Part shown: positions 1 to 10,878 of the stretch, piece by piece | Layout of the letters: every line of letters begins with the position of its first letter | How positions within the stretch are numbered: the stretch's first letter is position 1 | Assembly (NCBI GenBank): GCA_000146465.1 | Contig: CP001948.1 | DNA length: 64,000 bases | Strand: one strand, 5' to 3' | Notes under the pieces: model-generated | What the model was told of the DNA's origin: nothing | Database searches by the model: none | The model's input: only the letters and a program-made list of their open reading frames with translations | Position numbers and translations under genes: made by a program

Positions 1-1427
<1,427 letters not shown>

Positions 1428-1554
1428 TTATTTATACATGAAAAGAAGGTTAGATGAAGTTTATTGATAAACAAAATTGATAACCAATTAATTTCCATGA
1501 ATTCATTATCTTGGGAGGGGATTTGTGGAAAGCAATAGACTTCAGATATCCCCA

Positions 1555-2229
1555 ATGAGAATTTCTCTGAAAGACGAGAAGTTTTTTCGAACCATGATAG
1601 GTGTATTTGCCGATAAAGGGAACATCGAATTTGATATAAGGCCGGAGGAAATCACAGCCTCATCGTGTGGTCAAAGTAATTTTTATTTGGTGATAAATAA
1701 CGATGTGTTTACGGCTGATGGAGAATGTTTATCATTTGTTGTGAAAGCTCAGCACCTACTTGAGGGTATAAATGCTCTAGGCCGATATGATCTCGTTATT
1801 GAGGACGATCTTAAGCTTTTAGACGGAGGGAACACTATATTTATTCCTTTTCTACCAGCGCCAAAAAGCGAATACGAGGAGCCTGACACTCCTGTCGCAA
1901 AGCTCGTTGTAAGCCCTGAGCTACTGGAGGCATTTGGGATGCTGAAGGGGGTTGTGACATATGAAATAGAGGGAAACAAGCTATTTATTAGAAAGGCCGG
2001 AAGCGATGTTCTGGAGGAAATTGAATTTTTGACGGGAGGATTCATTATAGCTGGAGATCTTCAATTTAAGTGTAATAACAGATGGACAGATGTGTTGGCC
2101 GGGATCAAGAGTTATGTTGACTCCATAATGCTTACATTTGGCGCAAACACTCTGTGCATTCAATTTCTATTTAAAAAGTATTCTAGAAGTTATTTAGAGT
2201 TGCAGGTCTGGAGATCCCTCGGGGATTGA
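1555..2229 (+). CDS. Hypothetical protein, possibly a PCNA-like clamp fold (very tentative)
   Basis: ORF-track ORF 1525..2229 begins with GTG, so I used the first ATG (MRISLKDEKFF...). A CCCC motif sits directly upstream of that ATG. No confident family match. Confidence 0.45.
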   Translation: MRISLKDEKFFRTMIGVFADKGNIEFDIRPEEITASSCGQSNFYLVINNDVFTADGECLSFVVKAQHLLEGINALGRYDLVIEDDLKLLDGGNTIFIPFLPAPKSEYEEPDTPVAKLVVSPELLEAFGMLKGVVTYEIEGNKLFIRKAGSDVLEEIEFLTGGFIIAGDLQFKCNNRWTDVLAGIKSYVDSIMLTFGANTLCIQFLFKKYSRSYLELQVWRSLGD

Positions 2230-2271
2230 TTTAGGGCCCGGAGATAAAAAGAAACGGCCATAATACCCCAA

Positions 2272-3042
2272 ATGGAAAGCAAAGGGTCGAATTACCACTG
2301 GGCCGAGTCCGACTTGTCTGGCTGGGCAAAGGATAAGATCAAGGAGACCTTAGAACATCGAGGCTACAAAGTGAATGAGATGGATGTGATGGTTAAGATA
2401 TGCCAAAGGATGAATACATTAGGGCTGGTGTATATGATAGGCTTTGAGTGCACGAAGGATGGAAAGTATTGTAGCATAAGAAACTTCTACTCTGTGTCTG
2501 AAAAGGCAGAAGGGATGGAAGACTTCGAATGGTTTCCCGGGTTTTTCTCGGAGCTTGAGGAAGAGGCAATACTCAAGTTTGGAAGCCGAGTTCTGGATAC
2601 TAATAGGCAAGTGGAGGAGAGAAAACCTTGTGTCAGGAGTATAGATGCTGAGGATGCAAAGACTGTAGACATAAGTTACAAGGCAAGCATTAACTGCGAG
2701 ATTAATGAGTTCAAGAATTTCATCCTATCCCAAGAATATATTTCCATGTGGAGTGGGTATAGGGCAACCTTTGATGGAGACGACATCCTAATTGACGGGG
2801 TAATCATCCGGAGACTCCGAGAAGAGAACGGATGTATCAGGATGGAGTGGAAACTCGAGAGATGGAGTCACTTCACAGAAGTTAAGATATCTCTCGAGTC
2901 TTTTCTTAATAGCTCAAAGGTAACAGTGAAACAAAAGGCTGTTCCAATCAAGGAAGAGAAAAGCATTAGAATGTGGTGGCATGAGAAAGTATTTGCCTCG
3001 ATTTCTACTTGCTTTGGATTTATCCTAAAGCCTCTAGAATAA
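2272..3042 (+). CDS. AHA1: Activator of Hsp90 ATPase (Aha1-like)
   Basis: The N-terminus NYHWAESDLSGWAKDKIKETL matches the Aha1 N-domain motif (NWHWTE.D.S.WS.DKLK). The C-terminal GVIIRRL...MEWKLERWSHFTEVKISLE resembles the AHSA1 domain. Confidence 0.6.
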   Translation: MESKGSNYHWAESDLSGWAKDKIKETLEHRGYKVNEMDVMVKICQRMNTLGLVYMIGFECTKDGKYCSIRNFYSVSEKAEGMEDFEWFPGFFSELEEEAILKFGSRVLDTNRQVEERKPCVRSIDAEDAKTVDISYKASINCEINEFKNFILSQEYISMWSGYRATFDGDDILIDGVIIRRLREENGCIRMEWKLERWSHFTEVKISLESFLNSSKVTVKQKAVPIKEEKSIRMWWHEKVFASISTCFGFILKPLE

Positions 3043-3092
3043 TCTGCAGGGCTTGACTACAATAAAACACAAGATTTCTAAATCGAGTATAA

Positions 3093-3524
3093 ATGTGGAC
3101 TCCTGCATCAACAGACATGGTGGCATGGAAAGATGGAAGGGGCGATTGTATCATAAGATGTTTTGGATGTGGCAATGTTGTCTGTAGAAGGGCAAGACGG
3201 GCCATGCTTCTATCCAATGTAAAGATCGAAGTATATTCGGCAAATGTTCCCACAGAATGTGTGAAGTGTGTAAGAGACGGTTACCTGGCATATTCATGTC
3301 AGTGTATTGTTGTTGATGCAGAATGTAGATGTTGCCGAATGATTCTAGGATATCATATTTTACATCCATGCAAGTTATGCGAAGAGATTGGAGGCATCAG
3401 ACATGCATGGATCTTTGATACAAGCTCTGTCATTTCCTCCATCAGAAGGGAAAGATCAGAGGCTTGCTTGAACGTGTCTGCAGCATGGAATGGGGAAGGA
3501 GACAACGAAGTGAAGATAAGATAG
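3093..3524 (+). CDS. Yippee/Mss4-like zinc-binding protein (tentative)
   Basis: The C-x2-C-x51-C-x2-C spacing (CFGC ... CRCCRMILGYH) matches Yippee-family geometry (CxxC...CxxCGxxLGWxYE). The ORF fills the gap between neighbouring genes. Confidence 0.4.
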   Translation: MWTPASTDMVAWKDGRGDCIIRCFGCGNVVCRRARRAMLLSNVKIEVYSANVPTECVKCVRDGYLAYSCQCIVVDAECRCCRMILGYHILHPCKLCEEIGGIRHAWIFDTSSVISSIRRERSEACLNVSAAWNGEGDNEVKIR

Positions 3525-3616
3525 TTTGAGAATTAAACAAAACAGCCTAAATGACTTTATTGCTATTTCTTTAAAGTAAGCACCAAAACATATGCTGAAT
3601 GGCAGAAAAATAGAGC

Positions 3617-4627
3617 TCATGACTTATTCAAGAGCCTGATGTACATTTCTATCATTTGCGATATTATCAAAACAACATTACTTAATATTATAATAATCAG
3701 AACAACCTCGAACTTTTCAATACTGCTCCTATTTGTGTTTTCGTTGAGGATCTCTAGTATTCCGTTAATCACGTCACACCTCCTGTTCAGCAGGTCTGCC
3801 CTTGGCTTGATATCCAAATACCTCTTACATGTTTCATAGAGAGACGAAAATGCAGGGTAGTCCCACACAAACTCAGGCTCATCAAGAATATTGGATCCAA
3901 GATTTAGATTGAACCTTAGTCTATGCAATTTACCTATCATCTTCAATATCTCCTTCTTGCTTTTGCTGACCTTTCCCTCCCTCTCGACCTCTTCAGGGAA
4001 CTCCTTAACTGCATCGATCGTGTTGTCCACAAGATTCTCGAAGTAGTCCAGCTTCACACTCTTGGCTATTGCAATCGAAATCACCATCTTTGTAAAGTGA
4101 TTTTCAGAGTTCAAGTATATTACATCGTTGATAATAAATGGATTATCCGTTATACCATATTTGAAGGACTCAATCTCCACCTCGCTCGGCTCATGTCCGT
4201 TTTCCTCATACTTCTCAACAAGCTTGACTATCATCGATTCCTGCATCTCAGACATTCCCCAACACACTACAACACCGTACTCGTAGAAGAAGCAGTCATG
4301 TCTTTCTCCACTGCCCTTGAAGTTCATCAGAGTGTACAGACATTCCCCAAAGTACATGGAGACTTTGTTGCATAGAGAGTTGCTCTTCAAATACTTGTAC
4401 AGATTCTTGAGGTCGTATCCGTCTGCAGTACAATAGGCTGTTACTCTGAACAGCTTCGTGTCTGGGACCGTGTTTTCCTCTTTTGGCATCATGTCTGTTT
4501 CAATCTTCAGTGCATATGCATCCTTGAGGGCTCGAAGCTCTATCCTGGCCTGCTTCCTGCCTCCAGCATTTGGTTCTCTACTTATATCAGTCAAGTATAC
4601 CTTCTGTTTGTTGTAGTCTTCGGCCAT
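3617..4627 (-). CDS. DUF155 / RMD1-family protein (sporulation/meiotic nuclear division family)
   Basis: Contains the YGVVVCWGMSE motif typical of DUF155 and a C-terminal hydrophobic segment. ATG at 4627 confirmed. Confidence 0.65.
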   Translation of the reverse strand: MAEDYNKQKVYLTDISREPNAGGRKQARIELRALKDAYALKIETDMMPKEENTVPDTKLFRVTAYCTADGYDLKNLYKYLKSNSLCNKVSMYFGECLYTLMNFKGSGERHDCFFYEYGVVVCWGMSEMQESMIVKLVEKYEENGHEPSEVEIESFKYGITDNPFIINDVIYLNSENHFTKMVISIAIAKSVKLDYFENLVDNTIDAVKEFPEEVEREGKVSKSKKEILKMIGKLHRLRFNLNLGSNILDEPEFVWDYPAFSSLYETCKRYLDIKPRADLLNRRCDVINGILEILNENTNRSSIEKFEVVLIIIILSNVVLIISQMIEMYIRLLNKS

Positions 4628-4701
4628 AAATGCTCAGGGATAAAATTTTGGGGTTAGAAATCGGTCTCCTTACTTCAAAAGGAGAAGAGACATAAACGGA
4701 T

Positions 4702-5547
4702 TTATTGATTGGAAAAATATTCACTCACCTCCTTCTTGAACTCAGGGGACCTCTTCCGGTTTCCCTGGGGCCTTGTAAAGTACTTGAAGAGCTCACTTCG
4801 CTTAAAAATCTTTTCGTCCTCAAACATCCTCAGATACTCCTGGATCTTTTTCTTCTCCTTTCCATTCTCAACAATCTCCTCGGCAGAGCTTAAGAGAGCT
4901 TTCGTTGAAATCAGATTCCCTATGCCCTTGCATTTCCTAAGGCCACCATCAAACATTAGAACTTCTTTTCCGATACTTTCGTCGGAAAGTCCATGGCTTC
5001 GAAGTAGATTTACAATATCTTCCGATTTGTCCTCTCCAGACTCCATCAACCTTTTCATCTCGTCCTGGTACTTATCATCTTCTTCATCTCCAGGATTAAA
5101 ATAGGCATCATCCCGTTCCAAGGAATTCCTCTCTACATCCTTGAGAATCATTCCATTTAGTTTGGAGCTTTTGACATCGGATATCTTTCCGCAAGCCAGG
5201 CATTCTAGAGATAACCCGCCATTGTTGATATAGAATGTCTCTGGGTTGTTGCAAAATGGACACATAACATATGCATCGATGAAGTCATATATCAGGTCTT
5301 GAATCCTCGAGGATTCATATCTCCCGTTCACAGCATACCGTCCCTTTCCAATGTCTGTCCTAGTAGCCAGTTCATAACTCATAAACTTTAGAATGTACAA
5401 AGGCGGCCTCTTCAGAGAGGAGCTGATATCCTCCAGATTCACAATCACTGTTCTTGTGTTTCCAGCCTTTCCTTCCTGCTTTACAACTGCTCTAGGCATC
5501 TTGTACCTATAGTAAAAGTCATTATTTGTTCTATTTATGTCGATCAT
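4702..5547 (-). CDS. TIF5: Translation initiation factor eIF5 (N-terminal eIF2beta/eIF5 zinc-ribbon domain plus C-terminal W2-like region)
   Basis: MIDINRTNNDFYYRYKMPRAVVKQEGKAGNTRTVIVNLEDISSSLKRPPLYILKF...CPFCNNPET...CLACG matches the eIF5 N-terminus (FYRYKMP...GNGIKT..VN...CPEC.NPET). The ORF-track start at 5805 overlaps SPB1, so I chose the internal ATG at 5547. The ATG at 5586 is an alternative. Confidence 0.75.
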   Translation of the reverse strand: MIDINRTNNDFYYRYKMPRAVVKQEGKAGNTRTVIVNLEDISSSLKRPPLYILKFMSYELATRTDIGKGRYAVNGRYESSRIQDLIYDFIDAYVMCPFCNNPETFYINNGGLSLECLACGKISDVKSSKLNGMILKDVERNSLERDDAYFNPGDEEDDKYQDEMKRLMESGEDKSEDIVNLLRSHGLSDESIGKEVLMFDGGLRKCKGIGNLISTKALLSSAEEIVENGKEKKKIQEYLRMFEDEKIFKRSELFKYFTRPQGNRKRSPEFKKEVSEYFSNQ

Positions 5548-5625
5548 GCCATAAATGGGAATGTGTATATTGGGGGATTTACCCATAAACACATGGCTTT
5601 GATAAAAAATTGCTAAGGATCCTCC

Positions 5626-7278
5626 ATGGGTAAGAGCAAAAGTACTGGAAGAACAAGGCTGGATAAGTATTATAATCTTGCAAAGGAAAAGGGCTACAGA
5701 GCAAGATCTGCATTCAAACTCCTTCAAATTAATAGGAAGTATGCATTCCTTGAGAAAGCACATGTGCTCATCGACCTGTGTGCAGCTCCGGGGTCGTGGT
5801 GCCAAGTTGCAGCTCAGGAAATGCCTCTAAGAAGGAAGATAGTTGCAGTTGATTTGGAGCCGATAAAGTTCATGGGGGATGTCGACACGATCACAGCAGA
5901 CATAACCTCAGATGAGTGCAGGCTTAGACTACGGGAGATACTTGGAACACACAAGGCAGATGTTGTACTCCACGATGGAGCACCAAATGTGGGAACGTCA
6001 TGGGAAAATGATGCATTTAATCAGAATCTCCTTGTATTGCATTCAGCCAGGCTCACAGCGGAGTTTCTAAAGAAGGGCGGTGTATTTGTTACAAAAGTGT
6101 TCCGATCCCAGGATTACTTTTCATTGCTGAATATATTGTCGCAGCTTTTTGAGACTGTTGAGACCTCGAAGCCGCTCAGCTCTAGAAGCCAAAGTGCAGA
6201 AATATTTCTTGTGTGCCTTGGGTTTATTGGAGAAGAGGAGGTAGACTACTCGATTCTGGATCCTTCTGCAGTCTTTACGGAAATGAAGGAGACAGGAGGG
6301 TATGAGGATTTCAACTTCCACAAGAAACTGAAGCTTACAGAGTTCCTGAAGGAGGAGAATCCCGAAATTTTGTCTGAGATGCTTTTAAAGTATTCGGAGA
6401 TTGTAGTTGATATAGATGAAAAAGACATAGAGAAGATCTTGGAGCCTGAGTTTCTGTATCTGTTTAAGGATCTCCAATTACTAGGAAAGGGAGAAGTCAG
6501 AAAGATTCTAGCCAAGAGGAAGAAGATCATTCGGGCAGTGCGGAAAGGAGATGTTGACATTCCAGCACTGGACTTCCTTGGAAGAAATGAAGAAGAGGAG
6601 ATTGAGATGAAAGAAAAGAGTGTTGAGGAGAAGATAGAGGAGATAGAGATGCTTCTTGAAAAGAAAAAAAAACAGTCCCGCCGTGAAGAGTGCAAGACAA
6701 AGAATGAACAACCAGCCGAGTGTTTTTTTAAGGACTCAGTGTTTGATAAGCTGAATATTATAAGTGATAATGAAGAGGAATTGGAAGAAAGTCCGGAGCA
6801 GGATATTGAAGTGAGCAGTTGTTCGGACAGTCTAGATCTCGATGAAGAAGAGCTTATGTGTATTGCAAAACTTAAGGAGGATCCCGAGGGGTTTGTGGAG
6901 GATACCATTGACAGATACATCCGTGATCCCAATGAAAAGCTTCCAAACTATCTTCGTGAGGACCAAGAAGCCTTTTTTTCAAGGCCTTCAAAAGCCGAGG
7001 AAAGAAGGCTCACAAAAAAGGAAAAAGAGGCACTTAGCAGACGTAAGACAAGGGCTGAGAGGAGAGCTGAAATGTTTATGAAAGATCTGGTAATAGATGA
7101 TTCTGAAGAAGAGGGCAAGGTAGCAAAGAAGATTTATAAGTCATCCTTTAAGAAGACAAAGACTAAGCCGAGAGTTGTGTTCCCTAAGAAGGGAAGATGT
7201 GGAGTCCCGCGAGGGAAGGGGAGAGTTGTGATGCTGGATAGAAGGCTAAAGAAGGACAAAAGAAAAGGAAAGGCCTGA
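5626..7278 (+). CDS. SPB1: AdoMet-dependent rRNA 2'-O-methyltransferase Spb1/FtsJ3
   Basis: MGKSKSTGRTRLDKYYNLAKEKGYRARSAFKLLQINRKY...DLCAAPGSWCQVA is the canonical FtsJ/Spb1 N-terminus. The tail is K/E-rich. Confidence 0.9.
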   Translation: MGKSKSTGRTRLDKYYNLAKEKGYRARSAFKLLQINRKYAFLEKAHVLIDLCAAPGSWCQVAAQEMPLRRKIVAVDLEPIKFMGDVDTITADITSDECRLRLREILGTHKADVVLHDGAPNVGTSWENDAFNQNLLVLHSARLTAEFLKKGGVFVTKVFRSQDYFSLLNILSQLFETVETSKPLSSRSQSAEIFLVCLGFIGEEEVDYSILDPSAVFTEMKETGGYEDFNFHKKLKLTEFLKEENPEILSEMLLKYSEIVVDIDEKDIEKILEPEFLYLFKDLQLLGKGEVRKILAKRKKIIRAVRKGDVDIPALDFLGRNEEEEIEMKEKSVEEKIEEIEMLLEKKKKQSRREECKTKNEQPAECFFKDSVFDKLNIISDNEEELEESPEQDIEVSSCSDSLDLDEEELMCIAKLKEDPEGFVEDTIDRYIRDPNEKLPNYLREDQEAFFSRPSKAEERRLTKKEKEALSRRKTRAERRAEMFMKDLVIDDSEEEGKVAKKIYKSSFKKTKTKPRVVFPKKGRCGVPRGKGRVVMLDRRLKKDKRKGKA

Positions 7279-7375
7279 TGCTATAGCCCGTCCTGAGTAA
7301 TAGAGCATATCATTAAAAGGATTTACTTATTTATGGAATTTAAAGACACCAAAAGATCAAGTTTATTTCAGATTT

Positions 7376-7840
7376 TCATTCATTGCCTATGCTCGATGAT
7401 ATAGCCATTGCACACACAAGCCCGAGAAGGCCAACAACCTCTCCAAAGATTAGTATTAAGAAGAAGATACTGTTGAACTTCTTTTGTTGGGACCTTGTGA
7501 CACATGCAACCTTTGCAGAGTAGCCTATGGAATATCCAGCAACACCTGAGGATACGCCATTAACCACACATGCACTCAGGACCAAAAGGCCATCCTTGAG
7601 AGATTCAATCTTCTTGTCATAAACCATGAAGTATAGAATCACAGAGTACATTGTTGGAGCTGTAATGAAGATGATTGGAACAAGGGAGTAGGTGGTATTA
7701 ACAACATTTTCAGCAGCCTTACAGATGCCCTCCGAGCCTGCTATGAATCCCAGGCCTCCGCCTATGGCAGAAAGAGAAATCATCAGTCCTGGGCCTAGCT
7801 TTGAAATGATTAAACTTAGTGTCTTCTCGTCTAACTCCAT
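7376..7840 (-). CDS. VMA3: V-type ATPase 16 kDa proteolipid subunit c
   Basis: A four-helix hydrophobic protein with GAAYG/GTAKSG-like glycine zipper motifs (GGGLGFIAGSEGICKAAE ... GYSIGYSAKV) and the conserved LILIFGEVVGLLGLV helix 4. Confidence 0.75.
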   Translation of the reverse strand: MELDEKTLSLIISKLGPGLMISLSAIGGGLGFIAGSEGICKAAENVVNTTYSLVPIIFITAPTMYSVILYFMVYDKKIESLKDGLLVLSACVVNGVSSGVAGYSIGYSAKVACVTRSQQKKFNSIFFLILIFGEVVGLLGLVCAMAISSSIGNE

Positions 7841-7940
7841 GTATACCCTTGTTTTATTTTGATAAATATTTTAGAAAACAAAGTTTCCAAATCGAAACAA
7901 CCTGTACTTACCAGATTGGCCAATACAAAATGGGAGGCGT

Positions 7941-8432
7941 ATGGAATGTCCCATGGGGAAGAGCGACTTTCTCGCAAAGTTTGAAGAGATGAAGGATGGG
8001 ACGTTTACGCCTAAGGACCAGTCCCAGAATTGGTGCCGGCATTTTGGAGTGAAGAAGGACAAGAGGCTGCACCTGTACCCCGAAGAGATGCTGTACTTGT
8101 ACGACAGAAATCCTAAAGAAGAATACTCGGTGAGAACAAAGGCATACTTCTTTATCAGAAACAACTGCTACAACCTTCTTCTCGGAGAGGACGGTAGATT
8201 TCTTCTGTACAGGAGGCATAAGAACTTCAATAGAAAGAAGGATAAGCCGATCTGCTTGATGAGATATGTACACAGGGATGAGTGGATGGAAGATTCAACC
8301 AAAGACATTGTCGATGAGTCTTTCTGTGTGCTATCTGATGATGTGTTTACCTTTCTGAGGATCCGAAAAGTCTTAAAGCTTGGGATGGACACTCCTGAAA
8401 ATTTGAGGAAATGGGATGGAGAACCCTTTTGA
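7941..8432 (+). CDS. Hypothetical protein (possible tRNA-splicing endonuclease Sen54/Sen15-like N-domain, weak)
   Basis: ATG confirmed. LHLYPEEMLYLYDR resembles the L.PEEAlyL motif of tRNA endonuclease accessory subunits. This is speculative. Confidence 0.4.
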   Translation: MECPMGKSDFLAKFEEMKDGTFTPKDQSQNWCRHFGVKKDKRLHLYPEEMLYLYDRNPKEEYSVRTKAYFFIRNNCYNLLLGEDGRFLLYRRHKNFNRKKDKPICLMRYVHRDEWMEDSTKDIVDESFCVLSDDVFTFLRIRKVLKLGMDTPENLRKWDGEPF

Positions 8433-8471
8433 ACCCCTCATCTTTTTCCCAAGACTTCTCAAGCCCTTGAA

Positions 8472-9230
8472 ATGAGTAGGAACGGACAAGGAGACCAAGG
8501 ACAACTGACAAAAACAATAATAGCCGTTGGATTCAATGACCAGAAACATCAGGAAGAAGTAAGAGGCAGGGTTGAAAAGCATTTTGATGTAAGAGAAAGC
8601 TACAAAATCCAAAACGACCATAGAGTGCTTTGCATACTCTTTTACGACGAGAGGAGGGCAAGAGAAGCGATTTCTTTCCTCAAGGAAGAGGGTATTTCAT
8701 CCTACCACATAATAAGCAAGTATGAGATTCCCAGGGATATGGACAAATGCGATGAATCCCGAAACCAAAGCACACTGCTATTTACTTTCAAGAACTTAGC
8801 GGGCTCTGTTGACGACAAAGAGTTTGGAGAGCAGGTTGGGCGATTTGGAGAAGTGAAGGACATTCGATACGTTAAGACACATCAAAGATGTGTGGAGTTC
8901 TATGACTCAAGAAGTGCAGTTGCAGCTTTCCATGGAATGAACGAGCTGAAGTTTATGGATGGAATGATGCAGGCAAAGTGGGTGTGGGATCTCTCCACAA
9001 AGACGAGATGGGAGCTTATAAGGTTAACAGACAGTATTTTGAAGGAATGTAAGTTGGAGATAAAGACGCCTACAAAGAGAGAGAGTGAGGAGAGCAAGGA
9101 AGAAATAAAGAGAAAGAAAAAAGTACAGGACAGCGACACGGCACACCCTAGAAATATATTCTTGAAAAGGTTTGATTCCTTCATTGCTTTGAATATTGAC
9201 CATATAACCGAGGGATATGTCAATGACTGA
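8472..9230 (+). CDS. RNA-binding protein with two RRM-like domains
   Basis: RNP1-like segments VLCILFYDERRAREAISFL and CVEFYDSRSAVAAFHGMN. The C-terminus is K/E-rich. Confidence 0.45.
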   Translation: MSRNGQGDQGQLTKTIIAVGFNDQKHQEEVRGRVEKHFDVRESYKIQNDHRVLCILFYDERRAREAISFLKEEGISSYHIISKYEIPRDMDKCDESRNQSTLLFTFKNLAGSVDDKEFGEQVGRFGEVKDIRYVKTHQRCVEFYDSRSAVAAFHGMNELKFMDGMMQAKWVWDLSTKTRWELIRLTDSILKECKLEIKTPTKRESEESKEEIKRKKKVQDSDTAHPRNIFLKRFDSFIALNIDHITEGYVND

Positions 9231-9336
9231 TTAAGCAGGGAATTTCTGGAGCCTTATTTAAGATGCAAGCACTACCTGAACATCCACCTTTAAAGAAGCA
9301 AGTAAAGAACCAGAAGTAAATGTTTAATATAACTTC

Positions 9337-9732
9337 TTATTTCTTCTTCATCGTTTTGAGGGGTTTCTTGGGCCTCAGATCCTTACTGTCGCACTTTCTG
9401 CACTTCTGTGCAGACTTCCCAGACCTCGCATAACATCTTCGACAGATAAGACAGTCGTTTTTTTCCTTCATGGCCATGGCACCGTCGTTTTCAGACATGT
9501 TTCCCCCTCCTCCAAGAAGTCTGGGATACATTGTAATTGTATCGAGATTCCTTATGCCATAGCTTGCCACTGTGTTGGAATCCTCCAATATTCTAGAGTT
9601 GTGCTGCAGAACTACCATTGAAGAACTAAGTCCACAGGCGTTTCCGGCAAGGCCTTTCAAAGACAGAATAGGCTCCGATGGATCGGCCTGAACAAACGAA
9701 GTCTTTCCACAAAACCTCACTACAATCTTCAT
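9337..9732 (-). CDS. RPL40: Ubiquitin-like domain fused to ribosomal protein L40e (UBA52-type fusion with a highly divergent Ub moiety)
   Basis: The C-terminal CLICRRCYARSGKSAQKCRKCDSKDLRPKKP matches L40e (CRKCYAR...NLRPKKK). It is preceded by MKIVVRF...RLLGGGG, a ubiquitin-like fold. The internal ATG at 9732 was chosen; the ORF-track 5' extension has no support. Confidence 0.7.
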   Translation of the reverse strand: MKIVVRFCGKTSFVQADPSEPILSLKGLAGNACGLSSSMVVLQHNSRILEDSNTVASYGIRNLDTITMYPRLLGGGGNMSENDGAMAMKEKNDCLICRRCYARSGKSAQKCRKCDSKDLRPKKPLKTMKKK

Positions 9733-9814
9733 TCTTAAAGGGCAAAAATTTCCAGAGTAAAATCTGTGAAGTTCTCCAGACAGCCTGGGGACAATACAAG
9801 TAAAGACATTTATT

Positions 9815-10069
9815 CTACTCAAACATTCGATGGCAAATCCAGTACACTCGGCACATGGGGCATATTTTCCTCTGCTGGAGCCACAATGCTATGCAATGCG
9901 AATGGAAGGTGTGTTTACACTTGCCTATGCATGGCTTGCACTCGATAGGATGCTTACATTTTATGCACATCTGGTCAAAACTCTGCTGGCATATCCCGCA
10001 TATATCGCTTTCTATGTCCCATTTCCAATTGTAAACAGGATAGACTTTCTTAATCTTTATTTCGACCAT
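9815..10069 (-). CDS. RING-box protein (Rbx1/APC11 family RING-H2)
   Basis: WKWDIESDICGIC...C.KC...C....GKCKHTFHSHCIALWL...ICPMCR is the RING-H2 zinc-finger pattern of APC11/Rbx1. Confidence 0.7.
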   Translation of the reverse strand: MVEIKIKKVYPVYNWKWDIESDICGICQQSFDQMCIKCKHPIECKPCIGKCKHTFHSHCIALWLQQRKICPMCRVYWICHRMFE

Positions 10070-10266
10070 TCTATCGGACAGGTTTTATGATTGTGGGGAG
10101 TCACTTTCGCTCGAAGATAAGCCTGTAGAAAATTCCAGACTTACAGAGAGAGCCTCATGCAATGGAACCAAAAGGCAGTTGAAAAAGACAAGATTGGATC
10201 TCTAGATGATAGAATGAAAAATTTGCAAAGAGTCCCAGAAAGAGGGAGAAAAAACGTAGCCCTGAA

Positions 10267-10818
10267 ATGGGGATAAAGTACAGCTATGAGATACATGATC
10301 CTTCGAAGGCTGTGAAGGGTAAGATCGACAATGCAAAGGTAAGCTTCAAGAAGACTAGAGAGACTTGCTGTACTCTAAGGAAGAGGAAGCTGCTTGACGC
10401 AATTCAGTATCTGAAAAACGTGATTAGCAAGACCGAATGTGTACCGTTTAGAAGATACAACCGTGGATGCGGGCAAACACACCAAGCAAGGAAGTTCAGC
10501 ATACCTAGAAAAGAGATTGTGAAGGCCAATGGAGAGAAAGTGATTAAAAGGGGACATGTCCAAACAAGAGGGAGATGGCCTAAGAAGTCTGCCGAGTTCG
10601 TAATTTCACTTCTTGAAAGCGTCAAGGAATCTGCAGAATCCAAGAGTTTGGATGTGGGAAGTTTGGTGATAACACATATCCAAGTCAGCAAAGCTCCAAA
10701 GATCTTTGGAAGGACCTTCCGAGCACATGGAAGAGTAAATCCATTCAATAAGAGCCCATGCCATATTCAGGTTGTTGCAGAAGTGTTGGAGAGCAACGAT
10801 GTTAGCATCGAGGCCTAA
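10267..10818 (+). CDS. RPL17: 60S ribosomal protein L17e (uL22)
   Basis: FKKTRETC...KYLKNV...[12 protein letters not shown]...[59 protein letters not shown] matches uL22 throughout. Confidence 0.9.
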   Translation: MGIKYSYEIHDPSKAVKGKIDNAKVSFKKTRETCCTLRKRKLLDAIQYLKNVISKTECVPFRRYNRGCGQTHQARKFSIPRKEIVKANGEKVIKRGHVQTRGRWPKKSAEFVISLLESVKESAESKSLDVGSLVITHIQVSKAPKIFGRTFRAHGRVNPFNKSPCHIQVVAEVLESNDVSIEA

Positions 10819-10878
10819 GCTACCTTACGATTAAAGGTTTTCTTCTTATTTTTTATTCCTTCCTAAAGGCCCTACTTG

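Noticed and set aside
1525-1554. ORF-track starts at non-ATG codons (GTG at 1525, 53300, 62400; TTG at 10876, 11833, 18486, 19301, 38598, 44427, 54152, 60812, 21832, 52409, 58614, 60821)
   Set aside because: This is a eukaryotic nuclear genome and ATG initiation is expected. I moved the starts to the first in-frame ATG. These all carry the upstream CCC motif, and several remove impossible overlaps with neighbouring genes.
6246-6932. 228-aa minus-strand ORF inside SPB1. Similar antisense ORFs occur at 13107..13634, 16682..17131, 23196..23633, 24351..24902, 25959..26528, 30397..31002 and 35794..36228
   Set aside because: Each lies antisense to a well-supported gene and has a Ser/Leu/Phe-rich, low-information translation. 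No independent evidence supports them.
9049-9054. GTAAGT in the RRM-protein gene as a possible intron
   Set aside because: No TTAAT/CTAAT branch plus AG acceptor lies downstream, and the ORF continues in frame. Probably a coding coincidence (CKL).
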